Positions 9,600 to 18,820 of a stretch of 56,676 bases of DNA are shown here, piece after piece. Within the stretch, counting starts at the first letter, position 1. The number at the start of each line of letters is the position of its first letter. A model generated the notes under the pieces. It made no database searches. It was not told the DNA's origin and worked only from the letters and a program-made list of their open reading frames with translations. This DNA comes from Candidatus Spechtbacterales bacterium (GTDB taxonomy: Bacteria > Patescibacteriota > Minisyncoccia > Spechtbacterales > 2-12-FULL-38-22): contig JBBDXP010000007.1 in the NCBI GenBank assembly GCA_040902285.1, positions 67,042-123,717 of the forward strand, in the 5' to 3' direction. Both the position numbers and the translations under genes were made by a program.

Positions 9600-11201
9600 A
9601 TGAGAAAGCTCTCAGGTTTTCTTGTTATCCTGGCGCTGGTAGTTTCCGCTTGTTCCGCCGCCCCTTCGGGCAGCCCAAGCGCCACAAACCAGCCGAGCCA
9701 GAATGCCGATCCGCTTTGCAAAGCGGTTGAACGCACAAGGATTGATTTTGCGGTTCTTAACGACGTTGCTTTTCTGCTGGACAAGTATTCTGTGTTTCAG
9801 GATACAGCAACCAATCCCCGACTTTTGCTGAATCGGACTCACGAGGCGATCTGGAACTATCTGGGCGTTCCCACAGCCAGCATTCCGCAGTGGTCCCGGG
9901 ACATTGTGGACGCTGAGGTGGCACGAAGCAACGGCCATACGGATTTTTCCATCTTTAACCGGGTGTACCAGGAGCTAATCAAAGACCCGAATTATTCGGA
10001 TCTTAAAGATTCATCCCGGCTGGAAGAGCTTGTCCAGGCCTCCATAAAAGGTGTAATTGACGCTATCGGAGACCCATTCGCTTCTTACATGTCCGCTGAT
10101 CTTTACCTTAGCGGGGCCGCGGATAACTCAGGTTCCTACAGGGGCCTTGGGGTGACCCTACGCACCAATTCAAGGGGTGAGATAACCTTTGATTCCATAA
10201 CAGAAGGCAGTCCCGCGGAAAAAGCGGGAATCAAAACAGGCGATGCACTTCTCGAGGTAAACGGCCTTTCCACTTTGAGTTGTTCCGTGAGACAGTTCTC
10301 CCTGCTTATCAAATCGCTTTCAGACCCGCGGCTTAAGCTGACCATTGCCAGAGAAATTCCGCTTTCTACAGAGAGGGAAACTTTGACAATAGATGTGACG
10401 ATGGAAACTATTCAACAGGTTCATCTCTCTACTTATCCCGCGGTTGCGCTTCCCGGTGGCAGGGGCGACACACACGAGGGCGTCCCTTACCGATGCGGGG
10501 CTGAAGGGTCTTACGGAATTCCGTGTCCGTTCGTTGACGACGGCGGCAATGGATATCCGGATGTGTTTTACATACGCATACATCAGTTTTCCGGACAAAT
10601 GGCACAGGACCTTGAATATGTAATGTCAACCACGGACTGGTCGCTGTATAAAGGCGTCGTTGTGGATGTTAGGGATAATCCAGGCGGATGGGTGTCGGCA
10701 ACGCTTGACGCGATAGATTTCTTCCTGCCAAGCAACGACGTTATATTCATACAGCAGGATGCCAACGGAACCGTCACAAAGACCCGGCAAAACAGGGTCA
10801 CGTATGTTCCAGAAGATATGCCCGTTGTTATCCTTATGAATAACAACAGCTATTCGGGCGCCGAGCTTTTTGCCGCGGCGCTGCGCGATCACGGGCGGGC
10901 TGTTATTGTTAACAGCTACGAAAGCAGCGGCGGAAAAGGAAGCGTTAACCGCTGGTTTACTCTTCGCAACGGGGAGTACGGAGCTGTTTATATTTCCTTC
11001 GCTCTTTGGCTTACGCCCAATGGTGAAATGATTGAAAAGCAAGACCTGGACAACGACGGCCACTATGAGGTGGGGGGGCTTAGTCCGGATATCTATATTC
11101 CTTGGTCAGATGACGACTTTGCCAAAAACAATAGAGACGTCAACTATGACCCCACTATTGAGATGGCCCTGGATTACATACAGGAACACCTTAGTAAATA
11201 A
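9600..11201 (+). CDS. S41-family C-terminal processing peptidase, lipoprotein with PDZ domain
   Basis: Lipobox LVVSAC; DPFASY; PDZ GSPAEKAGIKTGD; DVRDNPGG; SYSGAELFAAAL (Ser) and GKGS (Lys); AGGAGG before ATG 9600. Confidence 0.9.
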   Translation: MRKLSGFLVILALVVSACSAAPSGSPSATNQPSQNADPLCKAVERTRIDFAVLNDVAFLLDKYSVFQDTATNPRLLLNRTHEAIWNYLGVPTASIPQWSRDIVDAEVARSNGHTDFSIFNRVYQELIKDPNYSDLKDSSRLEELVQASIKGVIDAIGDPFASYMSADLYLSGAADNSGSYRGLGVTLRTNSRGEITFDSITEGSPAEKAGIKTGDALLEVNGLSTLSCSVRQFSLLIKSLSDPRLKLTIAREIPLSTERETLTIDVTMETIQQVHLSTYPAVALPGGRGDTHEGVPYRCGAEGSYGIPCPFVDDGGNGYPDVFYIRIHQFSGQMAQDLEYVMSTTDWSLYKGVVVDVRDNPGGWVSATLDAIDFFLPSNDVIFIQQDANGTVTKTRQNRVTYVPEDMPVVILMNNNSYSGAELFAAALRDHGRAVIVNSYESSGGKGSVNRWFTLRNGEYGAVYISFALWLTPNGEMIEKQDLDNDGHYEVGGLSPDIYIPWSDDDFAKNNRDVNYDPTIEMALDYIQEHLSK

Positions 11202-11209
11202 AAAATGTT

Positions 11210-11290
11210 GCCCCCGATTTAATCGGGGGCTTTTATTTTATTGGCGTATTAAATAAAAACCCCCATCCTTTTGTGTAAAAGGATGGGGGT
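11210..11290. terminator. Pair of intrinsic terminators between convergent genes
   Basis: gcccccgat-tta-atcgggggc-tttt and aaaaacccccatcctttt...aaaaggatggggg. Confidence 0.75.
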
Positions 11291-11299
11291 GTCTGCGGC

Positions 11300-13042
11300 C
11301 TACCGGTCGCAGAAGCTTACATATCTGAGAATAGATATTCCCATCGGAGTGGGATAATACCCGCAAACAAAGGGCTTAATTAAAATAGAATCCTTGGGGT
11401 GGAATAGGGTAATCCAGGGGGCATCAGCGACGACAATGTCCTCGATTTGGCGGTAAAGCTGAATTCGCTTTTGAGGATCCGGCTCCACTCGAGCTTCGCG
11501 AATGAGGTCGTCGACCTCGTCATTAGAATAACGGGTTTCGTTATTCGCGGACGAACGCCAGCTCTCAAATTTCATAAAGAAGTTGTCCGGGTCCGGATAG
11601 TCGGCAATCCAGCCAAGGGAATACATCTGGAACGTCCCCTTCTTGAGCTCCTCAAGGAAGGTCGCGTAGTCCACCTGTTCAATCTCAACCTCTACCCCGA
11701 GATTGCTCTTCCAGAACTGGACGATGCTCTGCAGAACAACGCTGGGCGCCGACCCGCTTCCCGAAATAGTGATTTTAACGCGCGGCATATTGCCGGCGTA
11801 CTTGCTCTGAGCCAGAAGTTCTCTGGCGGCCGCCGGATTGTACTCCAGACCCTTATAGTCCGCGCGGTACCCGGGCATTCCGGGAGGCAAAACTCCGTTT
11901 GCCGGAACAGCTAGATCCTGTAAAACATCTCTCGCGATGGACGCCTTGTCAACAGACATAGCAAATGCCTGCCGGACAAGAGGATCATCGAACGGAGGGG
12001 TGCGGGTATTAAAGCCAATATAGGAAGTGGACATCTCGGTCATTTCAAAGTACTGCTTGGAAAGCTCTGAATTACGATCGCGAACCTGCTTGAGCAGATC
12101 CAGATCGGCAACGCCTATACCCGTAAAGTAAAGTTCGTCATTCTCGTATCGCAGGTAAGTGGATCCTCCGGAAATATAGAAGACGATCCGCTGTATCTGG
12201 GGCTTATGCCCGAAATAGTTCGGATTCGGCTCCATTACGATTTCGGCGACATCTTTCTTTACGATAACCCATGGTCCGGTCGAATTGGGCCTGTCGGTCC
12301 AGCGGGCCGGCCCTTCGGTCTGAACTTTGTCCACGACGGAAGCGACCTCGTAAGTCATCTTCATCATGAAAAGTTCCGGACTTACCGAATCAGCAAGCGT
12401 TGTGATTCGGATAGTTCTTTCGTCTAAAACTTCCACGCCGGTCAGATCGATGAAGACCTCGTCCTGGCGGGGAGAAACGCGGTTGATAATGCGCCCTCTC
12501 TGCATGTCGAGAACACCCACGATATCCCCCAAGTATAGTTCAGCAGTCGAAGAACGCGTACGCGGATCCGCCGCCCGGTCAAGCGAGTAAGCCATATCCC
12601 GCGCGGTAACAACCCGCCCATTAGCAAACTTTGCGTTCTCCCGTATAACAAATGTATAAGAAACCGTTCCGTCGCCGTTAACGACCGGAGTGGGAATCTC
12701 TTCGGCAAGGTCCGGAACAACAATAGCTGACGCCGTAAGCTCGCCGCTCTGGTAGCGCTTTATCATAGCTTCGTCCGTGGTATCGATGCCCACAGCGACA
12801 AGATTTCCGTTCTTGTCATAAAAAGCGGGTTCCAAACGAACAAGCTTGGCATACAACATGCCTGTGTATCCGTGCGAACCGGCATCTGTCACCAGATGCG
12901 GATCCAGGGTAAGCGGCTCTCCGGCCGGAATCAGAAGAACATCATGTCTCTGATTGCCGGCGCTGCTGCTTGGCTCCGGCGAGGAACTGCAGGCCGTAAC
13001 AATAAAAGCAAGTGCCAAAAACACGACGCCGTACTTCCTCAT
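11300..13042 (-). CDS. oppA: Peptide ABC transporter substrate-binding lipoprotein (SBP family 5, OppA-like)
   Basis: Lipobox FIVTAC; TLDPH; PNSTGPW; PPFDDPLVRQAF; GWIADYPDPDNF. Confidence 0.92.
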   Translation of the reverse strand: MRKYGVVFLALAFIVTACSSSPEPSSSAGNQRHDVLLIPAGEPLTLDPHLVTDAGSHGYTGMLYAKLVRLEPAFYDKNGNLVAVGIDTTDEAMIKRYQSGELTASAIVVPDLAEEIPTPVVNGDGTVSYTFVIRENAKFANGRVVTARDMAYSLDRAADPRTRSSTAELYLGDIVGVLDMQRGRIINRVSPRQDEVFIDLTGVEVLDERTIRITTLADSVSPELFMMKMTYEVASVVDKVQTEGPARWTDRPNSTGPWVIVKKDVAEIVMEPNPNYFGHKPQIQRIVFYISGGSTYLRYENDELYFTGIGVADLDLLKQVRDRNSELSKQYFEMTEMSTSYIGFNTRTPPFDDPLVRQAFAMSVDKASIARDVLQDLAVPANGVLPPGMPGYRADYKGLEYNPAAARELLAQSKYAGNMPRVKITISGSGSAPSVVLQSIVQFWKSNLGVEVEIEQVDYATFLEELKKGTFQMYSLGWIADYPDPDNFFMKFESWRSSANNETRYSNDEVDDLIREARVEPDPQKRIQLYRQIEDIVVADAPWITLFHPKDSILIKPFVCGYYPTPMGISILRYVSFCDR

Positions 13043-13212
13043 TTCCTTCTCCTTTTCTTCCCCTCTTGTTTTGGGTCCGCCTTGGCTGTCGCCAGACGAG
13101 ACAGGTCCGCTCTGTTAAGTCAGGCGGGACAGTTTTTCTGTTGATGCAAAACAGCCGCATCCTACACTTTGAAACAAGGTGCAGGATGCGGCTTCCGTCG
13201 TATCGGATATAT

Positions 13213-14175
13213 TTAAGAGCCGAGAACAGAAGCGACGCGGTTCTTTATCGTCTGTGTAGAAACCACAACGCCCATTCCCGAGCCCGAGGAAACCAGAATT
13301 CCCGCCCACTGGGGCTTGCCGTCTCTGAGAACAAAGACAGGCGCGCCCAGATCCTGCGCAAGGAAGTTTCCGGAAAGTAAGACGAGGCCCCGGTCCGCGA
13401 TAACTCCCTGGACGGAGGCGTTGCCCAAAACAACAACACCGCCTATTGTCCTAGGGAATATGGCCGCGTTCAGTGGCCGGACATCGTCAAGAGATGCCTG
13501 CGTGTAGGGATATCCGTTTGGCTCGGCAATGACCCTATCGACCGGACGCTTAAGGAAAAGCAATCCGTATTCGGGATCGGGGTATATGCCGTCCGCCGCT
13601 ACGAACTCTTCCACAGTTCCCTTAAAGAGGGTTTCCTGCTTCCACTGGTCCTCGACGCGCTGATCGGGAAGGAGAACAATCTCCAGTTGCACGCGCGAAG
13701 CGGCTTCAGCCGGAACATTAAGAGAAACCAGAGAAATGGGAACGATCGTGAAATCGTTCACCAAAACGGAAGAGAGCGCTGTTTGCGCGATGGTCTGAGG
13801 AAGCAAGCCGTCCGAATTGAACAGAGCGCGGATATTGTCGGGAACCTCTTCGATTGTTTCCACACCAAGAATGGCAAGGACCTCTTCCTCGGTGTAATAG
13901 CGCACAGCCGTAAGAGAGACAAGGCGAACGTATTCACTTGTGCTCAAAACATCTGTGCCCGCAAGTTCTGCCTGCAAAAAGTTCGAATCAAACTCTCCAT
14001 CGCTTAAAAGATTTACAAGATCCCGATGGCGGGCCTCCGCATTCGGGGGCTCATACTGGTTAAAACCGCCCAAAGCGCCAACCGCGCCAAGGGTAAGCGA
14101 GAAAGTAAGAACCATAAGAAGCAAAACGATTCCGGGCGTACGAAGCCGGCCGGCAATCTCTCCGAACTTCAGCAT
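13213..14175 (-). CDS. Secreted/membrane-anchored hypothetical protein, possibly a degenerate trypsin-like fold
   Basis: N-terminal TM; C-terminal 'AQDLGAPVFV..DGKPQWAGILVS' resembles GDSGGPV without the Ser; AAGGAG before ATG 14175. Confidence 0.55.
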   Translation of the reverse strand: MLKFGEIAGRLRTPGIVLLLMVLTFSLTLGAVGALGGFNQYEPPNAEARHRDLVNLLSDGEFDSNFLQAELAGTDVLSTSEYVRLVSLTAVRYYTEEEVLAILGVETIEEVPDNIRALFNSDGLLPQTIAQTALSSVLVNDFTIVPISLVSLNVPAEAASRVQLEIVLLPDQRVEDQWKQETLFKGTVEEFVAADGIYPDPEYGLLFLKRPVDRVIAEPNGYPYTQASLDDVRPLNAAIFPRTIGGVVVLGNASVQGVIADRGLVLLSGNFLAQDLGAPVFVLRDGKPQWAGILVSSGSGMGVVVSTQTIKNRVASVLGS

Positions 14176-14303
14176 TTCTTCTCCTTTTGTTTGTGCAAGG
14201 TACGATGCATGAAAAATACCACAACAAAAACACCCAGTCAATATGCTTAGCGCGTTTTAGCTCATTGGACAAATATTACTGTTCCGGGCTATAATGCACC
14301 GTT

Positions 14304-16229
14304 ATGAATTTTGAATTAAACGCTAATTTTAAACCGCGCGGAGATCAAATTAAGGCAATAAAGGAGCTTGGTAACAGCATTAAAAACGGCGCGAAAGACC
14401 AGGTTCTTTACGGTGTTACCGGTTCTGGAAAAACATATACTGCCGCCAACATAATAGCTCAAAGAAACAAGTCGGTGCTTGTAATAAGCCATAACAAAAT
14501 GCTGGCTTGGCAGTTGTATCAGGAGTTTAAAGAATTTTTTCCCAAAAATTCCGTACATTATTTTGTAAGTTATTATGATTATTATCAGCCGGAGGCCTAC
14601 ATCCCTCAAACAGACACATACATAGCTAAAGACGCGAGCATAAATAAAAAAATAGATAAAATGCGCCACGCGGCGGTGCAAAGCTTATTAACCCGAAATG
14701 ACACGATAATAGTGGCCTCTGTTTCGTGCATTTATAACATAGGATCGCCTGAGACCTATCAAAAAGTAATTTTGAACATAAAAAAAGGGCAAAAAATTAC
14801 AAGAAAAAAATTGCTTTCTTGCATAACGGGGCTTGGTTTTGCGCGTAATGATTTTGCGCCGGAAGCCGGAAACTTCCGAGCCAAGGGGGGCGCAGTGGAA
14901 ATACACCCTGCAACCGGAGAAAATCCCGTAGTGGTGGAACTTGAAAAAGATGCCGTGGAAAAAATAAGCCGAAACGGAGTTGAGATAAATTCGGTTGATC
15001 TCTATCCGGCGAATTTCTGGGTCGCTCCGCAGGATAAATTAAAAATAGCTACAGAAAATATCCGTACTGAATTGCAAAAACGATTGGAGGAATTAAAAAA
15101 ACAAAAAAAAGAAATAGAAGCATACCGCCTAGAAAAGAAAACCAATTACGACTTGGAGATGATGGAACAAATGGGGTATTGTCCCGGAATAGAAAATTAC
15201 TCGCGGCATATTGATTTCCGCGAGCCCGATGACCCCCCATTCACGCTATTGGATTACATGCCAAAAGAATTTCTTACGATAATTGATGAATCTCACATGA
15301 CAATTCCTCAGATAAGAGGCATGTACGCGGGAGATCGCGCCAGGAAAGAGACACTTATAAACCATGGGTTCCGCTTGCCTTCCGCGCTGGATAACCGGCC
15401 TTTTACATTTGAGGAGTTTGAAAACAGAAGAGGGCAAACTCTTTATATGTCAGCAACGCCCAATCCTTACGAGATAGAAAAATCCAAGGGAAGAGTTTAC
15501 AAACAGATAGTCCGGCCCACGGGACTTCTTGATCCCAAAATAGAAATTCGCAAAACCAATTCGCCATCCGGCGGACAAATGACTGATGTGTTGAGGGAAA
15601 TACAGAGCGCAACCAAAAAAGGGCACCGCGCCATTGTTGTAACTATAACCAAGCGCCTAGCCGAACATATAGCCGAGTACATGGAAGAAAAAGGACTGAA
15701 AGTAAATTACATACACTCTGAAGTGCCCACGCTTAAAAGACCGCTTATAATACAAAAATTGCGCGAGGGTAAATATGATGTCCTTGTGGGAGTAAATCTG
15801 TTGAGAGAGGGTTTGGATTTTCCTGAAGTTTCTCTGGTTGTGATACTGGACGCGGATAAAGAAGGTTTTTTAAGAAACGAGACCACTCTTTTGCAAACCG
15901 TGGGCCGCGCGGCACGGCATGTTGACGGCAGAGCCATCATGTACGCCGATAAAATAACCGGTTCAATGAAAAAAACTATTCTGGAAACAAATAGGCGCAG
16001 GAGTATACAAATGAAATATAACGAAGAACACGGAATAAAACCCTCGAGCATAAATAAAAAAATATATCCGATACCGCGGGAACTCTTGCAAGATGAGGAC
16101 GAAGAAATAGAAATGGATAAATACAAAAATATGGCAAAAAAAGAGCTTGAAAAAGAAATGGAAAAAGCCGCCAAGGAACTTAATTTTGAAAAAGCGGTGA
16201 AATTAAGAGATGAAATTAAAAAATTGTAG
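14304..16229 (+). CDS. uvrB: Excinuclease ABC subunit B
   Basis: GVTGSGKT, FVSYYDYYQPEAY, DESH, GFRLPSALDNRP, C-terminal UVR domain. Confidence 0.97.
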   Translation: MNFELNANFKPRGDQIKAIKELGNSIKNGAKDQVLYGVTGSGKTYTAANIIAQRNKSVLVISHNKMLAWQLYQEFKEFFPKNSVHYFVSYYDYYQPEAYIPQTDTYIAKDASINKKIDKMRHAAVQSLLTRNDTIIVASVSCIYNIGSPETYQKVILNIKKGQKITRKKLLSCITGLGFARNDFAPEAGNFRAKGGAVEIHPATGENPVVVELEKDAVEKISRNGVEINSVDLYPANFWVAPQDKLKIATENIRTELQKRLEELKKQKKEIEAYRLEKKTNYDLEMMEQMGYCPGIENYSRHIDFREPDDPPFTLLDYMPKEFLTIIDESHMTIPQIRGMYAGDRARKETLINHGFRLPSALDNRPFTFEEFENRRGQTLYMSATPNPYEIEKSKGRVYKQIVRPTGLLDPKIEIRKTNSPSGGQMTDVLREIQSATKKGHRAIVVTITKRLAEHIAEYMEEKGLKVNYIHSEVPTLKRPLIIQKLREGKYDVLVGVNLLREGLDFPEVSLVVILDADKEGFLRNETTLLQTVGRAARHVDGRAIMYADKITGSMKKTILETNRRRSIQMKYNEEHGIKPSSINKKIYPIPRELLQDEDEEIEMDKYKNMAKKELEKEMEKAAKELNFEKAVKLRDEIKKL

Positions 16230-16240
16230 TAGAAATAACC

Positions 16241-17002
16241 ATGCTTTTGATAAATAAAAAACCAGGGCCCACATCTCACGACATAGTTGATGAAATTAGA
16301 AAACTAACCAAAGAAAAAAGAGTGGGCCACGCGGGAACACTGGACCCGTTTGCCGAAGGGCTTCTTATTGTGCTTGTGGGCAGAGAGGAAACGCGTAAAC
16401 AGGCGGAGTTTTTAAATATGGATAAAACATACGAAGCGGTATTTATTTTGGGTGAAGAGCGGGATACAGATGATATTACCGGCAGGGTTCGGGATGCAGG
16501 CACCTCGGAAACTTCGTCCCGAGTATCACAGTCGGATTTTTCCAGCGAAAATCCGCCGCTGCCTCTCAGCGGAAAATCCCGCAAAAGCGGGAACCAAGCT
16601 TTTCCGCTTCCGAGAGCTACTCGGGACAAAGTTTCCGAGGTGCTCGCCTTAAAAGAAATTAAAAATGCCCTGAAAAGGTTTGAAGGAGAAATTGAACAAA
16701 TGCCTCCAGCGTATTCGGCAAAAAAAATAAAGGGTAAAAAAGCGTATGAACTTGCGCGCAGAGGCAAAGAGCCGAAGTTGCATGCGAAAAGGGTGAAAAT
16801 TTATGAAATAAAACTGTTAAACTACACATGGCCGGAGTTAAAAATTCGTACAACGGTTAGTTCGGGAACGTATATACGCGCGCTTGCCCGAGACATAGGA
16901 AGAGAGCTTGGCGTGGGAGCTTATGTTAAAGAATTAAAAAGAACACACATTGGGAAATATTCTTTAGATGAAGCCAAAACACTTGAAGAATTAAAAAAAT
17001 AG
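16241..17002 (+). CDS. truB: tRNA pseudouridine(55) synthase carrying an in-frame 48-codon insertion
   Basis: VGHAGTLDPFAEG, QMPPAYSAKKIKG, SSGTYIRALARDIG. Confidence 0.93.
   Translation: MLLINKKPGPTSHDIVDEIRKLTKEKRVGHAGTLDPFAEGLLIVLVGREETRKQAEFLNMDKTYEAVFILGEERDTDDITGRVRDAGTSETSSRVSQSDFSSENPPLPLSGKSRKSGNQAFPLPRATRDKVSEVLALKEIKNALKRFEGEIEQMPPAYSAKKIKGKKAYELARRGKEPKLHAKRVKIYEIKLLNYTWPELKIRTTVSSGTYIRALARDIGRELGVGAYVKELKRTHIGKYSLDEAKTLEELKK
16500..16643. mobile_element. 144-bp palindromic element inserted in frame in truB
   Basis: IR gcacctcggaaactt-c-gtcccgagta / tactcgggac-a-aagtttccgaggtgc; length is a multiple of 3. Confidence 0.85.
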
Positions 17003-17036
17003 TGGTAACGTGGGAGTGTAAAATACGAACAAAAAT

Positions 17037-17351
17037 ATGCCTAATTTGCAAAATGCGAAAAAAGCGCTGCGACAGACAAAGAAAAAAACAGCGCTGAACC
17101 GCCAGTATAAAAACAGGATAAAAAAAGTTTCCCGAATGATTGACGATGCCGTTAAATCGGGAAACCAAAAAGAGGCGGAAAAAATGCTTCCGATTTATTT
17201 TAAAGCGATTGATAAAGCGGCCAAGCACAACATCATCCACAAAAACACGGCTTCACGAAGAAAATCCTCATATTCTAAGAAGGCGGGTGTAAGCGCAAAC
17301 AAGCAATCTCAGGATAAAATAGCCACCGCTAATAATTCGCAAGACAAATAG
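17037..17351 (+). CDS. rpsT: 30S ribosomal protein S20
   Basis: MPNLQNAKKALRQ...IDKAAKHNIIHKNTASRRKS. Confidence 0.95.
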   Translation: MPNLQNAKKALRQTKKKTALNRQYKNRIKKVSRMIDDAVKSGNQKEAEKMLPIYFKAIDKAAKHNIIHKNTASRRKSSYSKKAGVSANKQSQDKIATANNSQDK

Positions 17352-18250
17352 GGGTCTAACTCGCCCCTCTTACTTTTTATATCCAAGCTCTCTACTCTTT
17401 CGTAGAGATTTTTTATTTTAGGCCAGGAAAATCCACCCGAAAGGCGCAATGTTTTTTGAACAACAAAAGGATGAAGGCCAAGCGTCTTTGCTAATGAACT
17501 TTTGGAAATTTCTCCTTCCGCGTTAACAAGCGCTAATAATTTTAACTGGCGTTCTATCATAAAAAACAGATATTCAGGTGCTTCTCCGCGGTACCAGTGC
17601 ACAAGCATGTTTCGAAGCGCTTTGTCTTTATTGCCTCCAAAAATAGCGTCTATAGTGGAAAATATTTGCGCCTCGCCGGCGCCTACGCCCAAAACTTGCA
17701 AATACGATTTCTTAACATCTTTTCCGTTTCCATATGTAAATAACTTGTTTAACTCATTGTGTATTTGCCACATATCTCCCCCGGATAATCCGACAACTTC
17801 CCTCACAATTTCTTTATTTATTTCCTCTCGAGGATAGATATTGGAAACAAACCATTCAACCTGTCCGGCGGGAGGAAGTTTTTTAAATTCATATTCTTTG
17901 AAAGCTTTTTTAATAACGATTTTGTACTGTTTGTCCTTGGCCACGGATTGAGGCTCATAAAAAATAACGAGCAGATTCGCGTCCGCGGAAATTGCTTTTA
18001 ATTCTTCCCATTCCACTACTTCTTTTTTAAGACCGGGATTTTGTGAAAGATCTTCCAAAACAACAAGCTTGCGGTCATCAAAAAGCGATTGGGAACGTGT
18101 GGTATTTTTAAAATCCTTAAATGTTGTTTCGGCTGCGTCGAATTTTTTAAATAAAAAACCGCCCGCGTACTTTTTCTGATACGCGGTTTTTAATTCCGCC
18201 AGCTTGTGGCGGCTCCTAAAACTGTCTTCGCCGTGTAAAACAATTATCAT
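17309..18250 (-). CDS. holA: DNA polymerase III subunit delta
   Basis: IVLHGEDSF, SLFDDRKLVVL, NELNKL, LGLHPFVVQK; convergent with rpsT. Confidence 0.85.
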   Translation of the reverse strand: MIIVLHGEDSFRSRHKLAELKTAYQKKYAGGFLFKKFDAAETTFKDFKNTTRSQSLFDDRKLVVLEDLSQNPGLKKEVVEWEELKAISADANLLVIFYEPQSVAKDKQYKIVIKKAFKEYEFKKLPPAGQVEWFVSNIYPREEINKEIVREVVGLSGGDMWQIHNELNKLFTYGNGKDVKKSYLQVLGVGAGEAQIFSTIDAIFGGNKDKALRNMLVHWYRGEAPEYLFFMIERQLKLLALVNAEGEISKSSLAKTLGLHPFVVQKTLRLSGGFSWPKIKNLYERVESLDIKSKRGELDPYLSCELLAVAILS

Positions 18251-18282
18251 ATCGTCTTATTATTGTGCCCTAATTTTAACAT

Positions 18283-18308
18283 AAAAGCCGTTCCGGGCGG
18301 AACGGCTG
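18283..18308 (-). terminator. Intrinsic terminator of the 18314-18754 gene
   Basis: aaaagccgttcc-gggc-ggaacggct hairpin, U-tract on the minus strand. Confidence 0.6.
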
Positions 18309-18313
18309 CTGAT

Positions 18314-18754
18314 TTACCTTTTGATGTTTCTTTTGTCTTCTATTTCCTTATCGGAAAGGTTTCTCGGATCTATGGATTTTTCCGGCTCATCAATGGGCCA
18401 GATGTGGAACAGTTCACGGGGCATATCGCAATCTTCCCAGCTTAAAACTTTGGAAATTGAAACACAAATACGATTTCCCAAAGGAGGTTCGGGGTAGTAA
18501 GCGGATATGGTTATATCGCCCGGTTTCAGATTAGCCATCGCGACTATGCGCGCGGCCTCGCTTTCAGGTATACTTCCAACCTTCTGGCCCTCGCCAGATG
18601 AATATATAAGCAATACCGGACCCGCGTTTTTCCACGGTTCCGACACAGTCATAAGAACAAATCTTAAATTGTCATAAACCTCTCGTAGAGATTTTTTCTT
18701 ACCTGAAAGGTGCATCTCTATGGCTCTGAAAAGTTCTTCACTCGCTTCCGACAT
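18314..18754 (-). CDS. Hypothetical protein
   Basis: 146-aa ORF with strong AAGGAGG SD and its own terminator; no recognisable motif. Confidence 0.65.
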   Translation of the reverse strand: MSEASEELFRAIEMHLSGKKKSLREVYDNLRFVLMTVSEPWKNAGPVLLIYSSGEGQKVGSIPESEAARIVAMANLKPGDITISAYYPEPPLGNRICVSISKVLSWEDCDMPRELFHIWPIDEPEKSIDPRNLSDKEIEDKRNIKR

Positions 18755-18820
18755 TCTGCCTCCTTTTGCTGTCTAAAAAACTGAAATTAAAGTACCACAA
18801 AATTCACATATTTGCAATAT

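Noticed and set aside
17309-17351. 43-bp convergent overlap of rpsT and holA
   Set aside because: Explained by a short non-conserved S20 tail in a compact genome.
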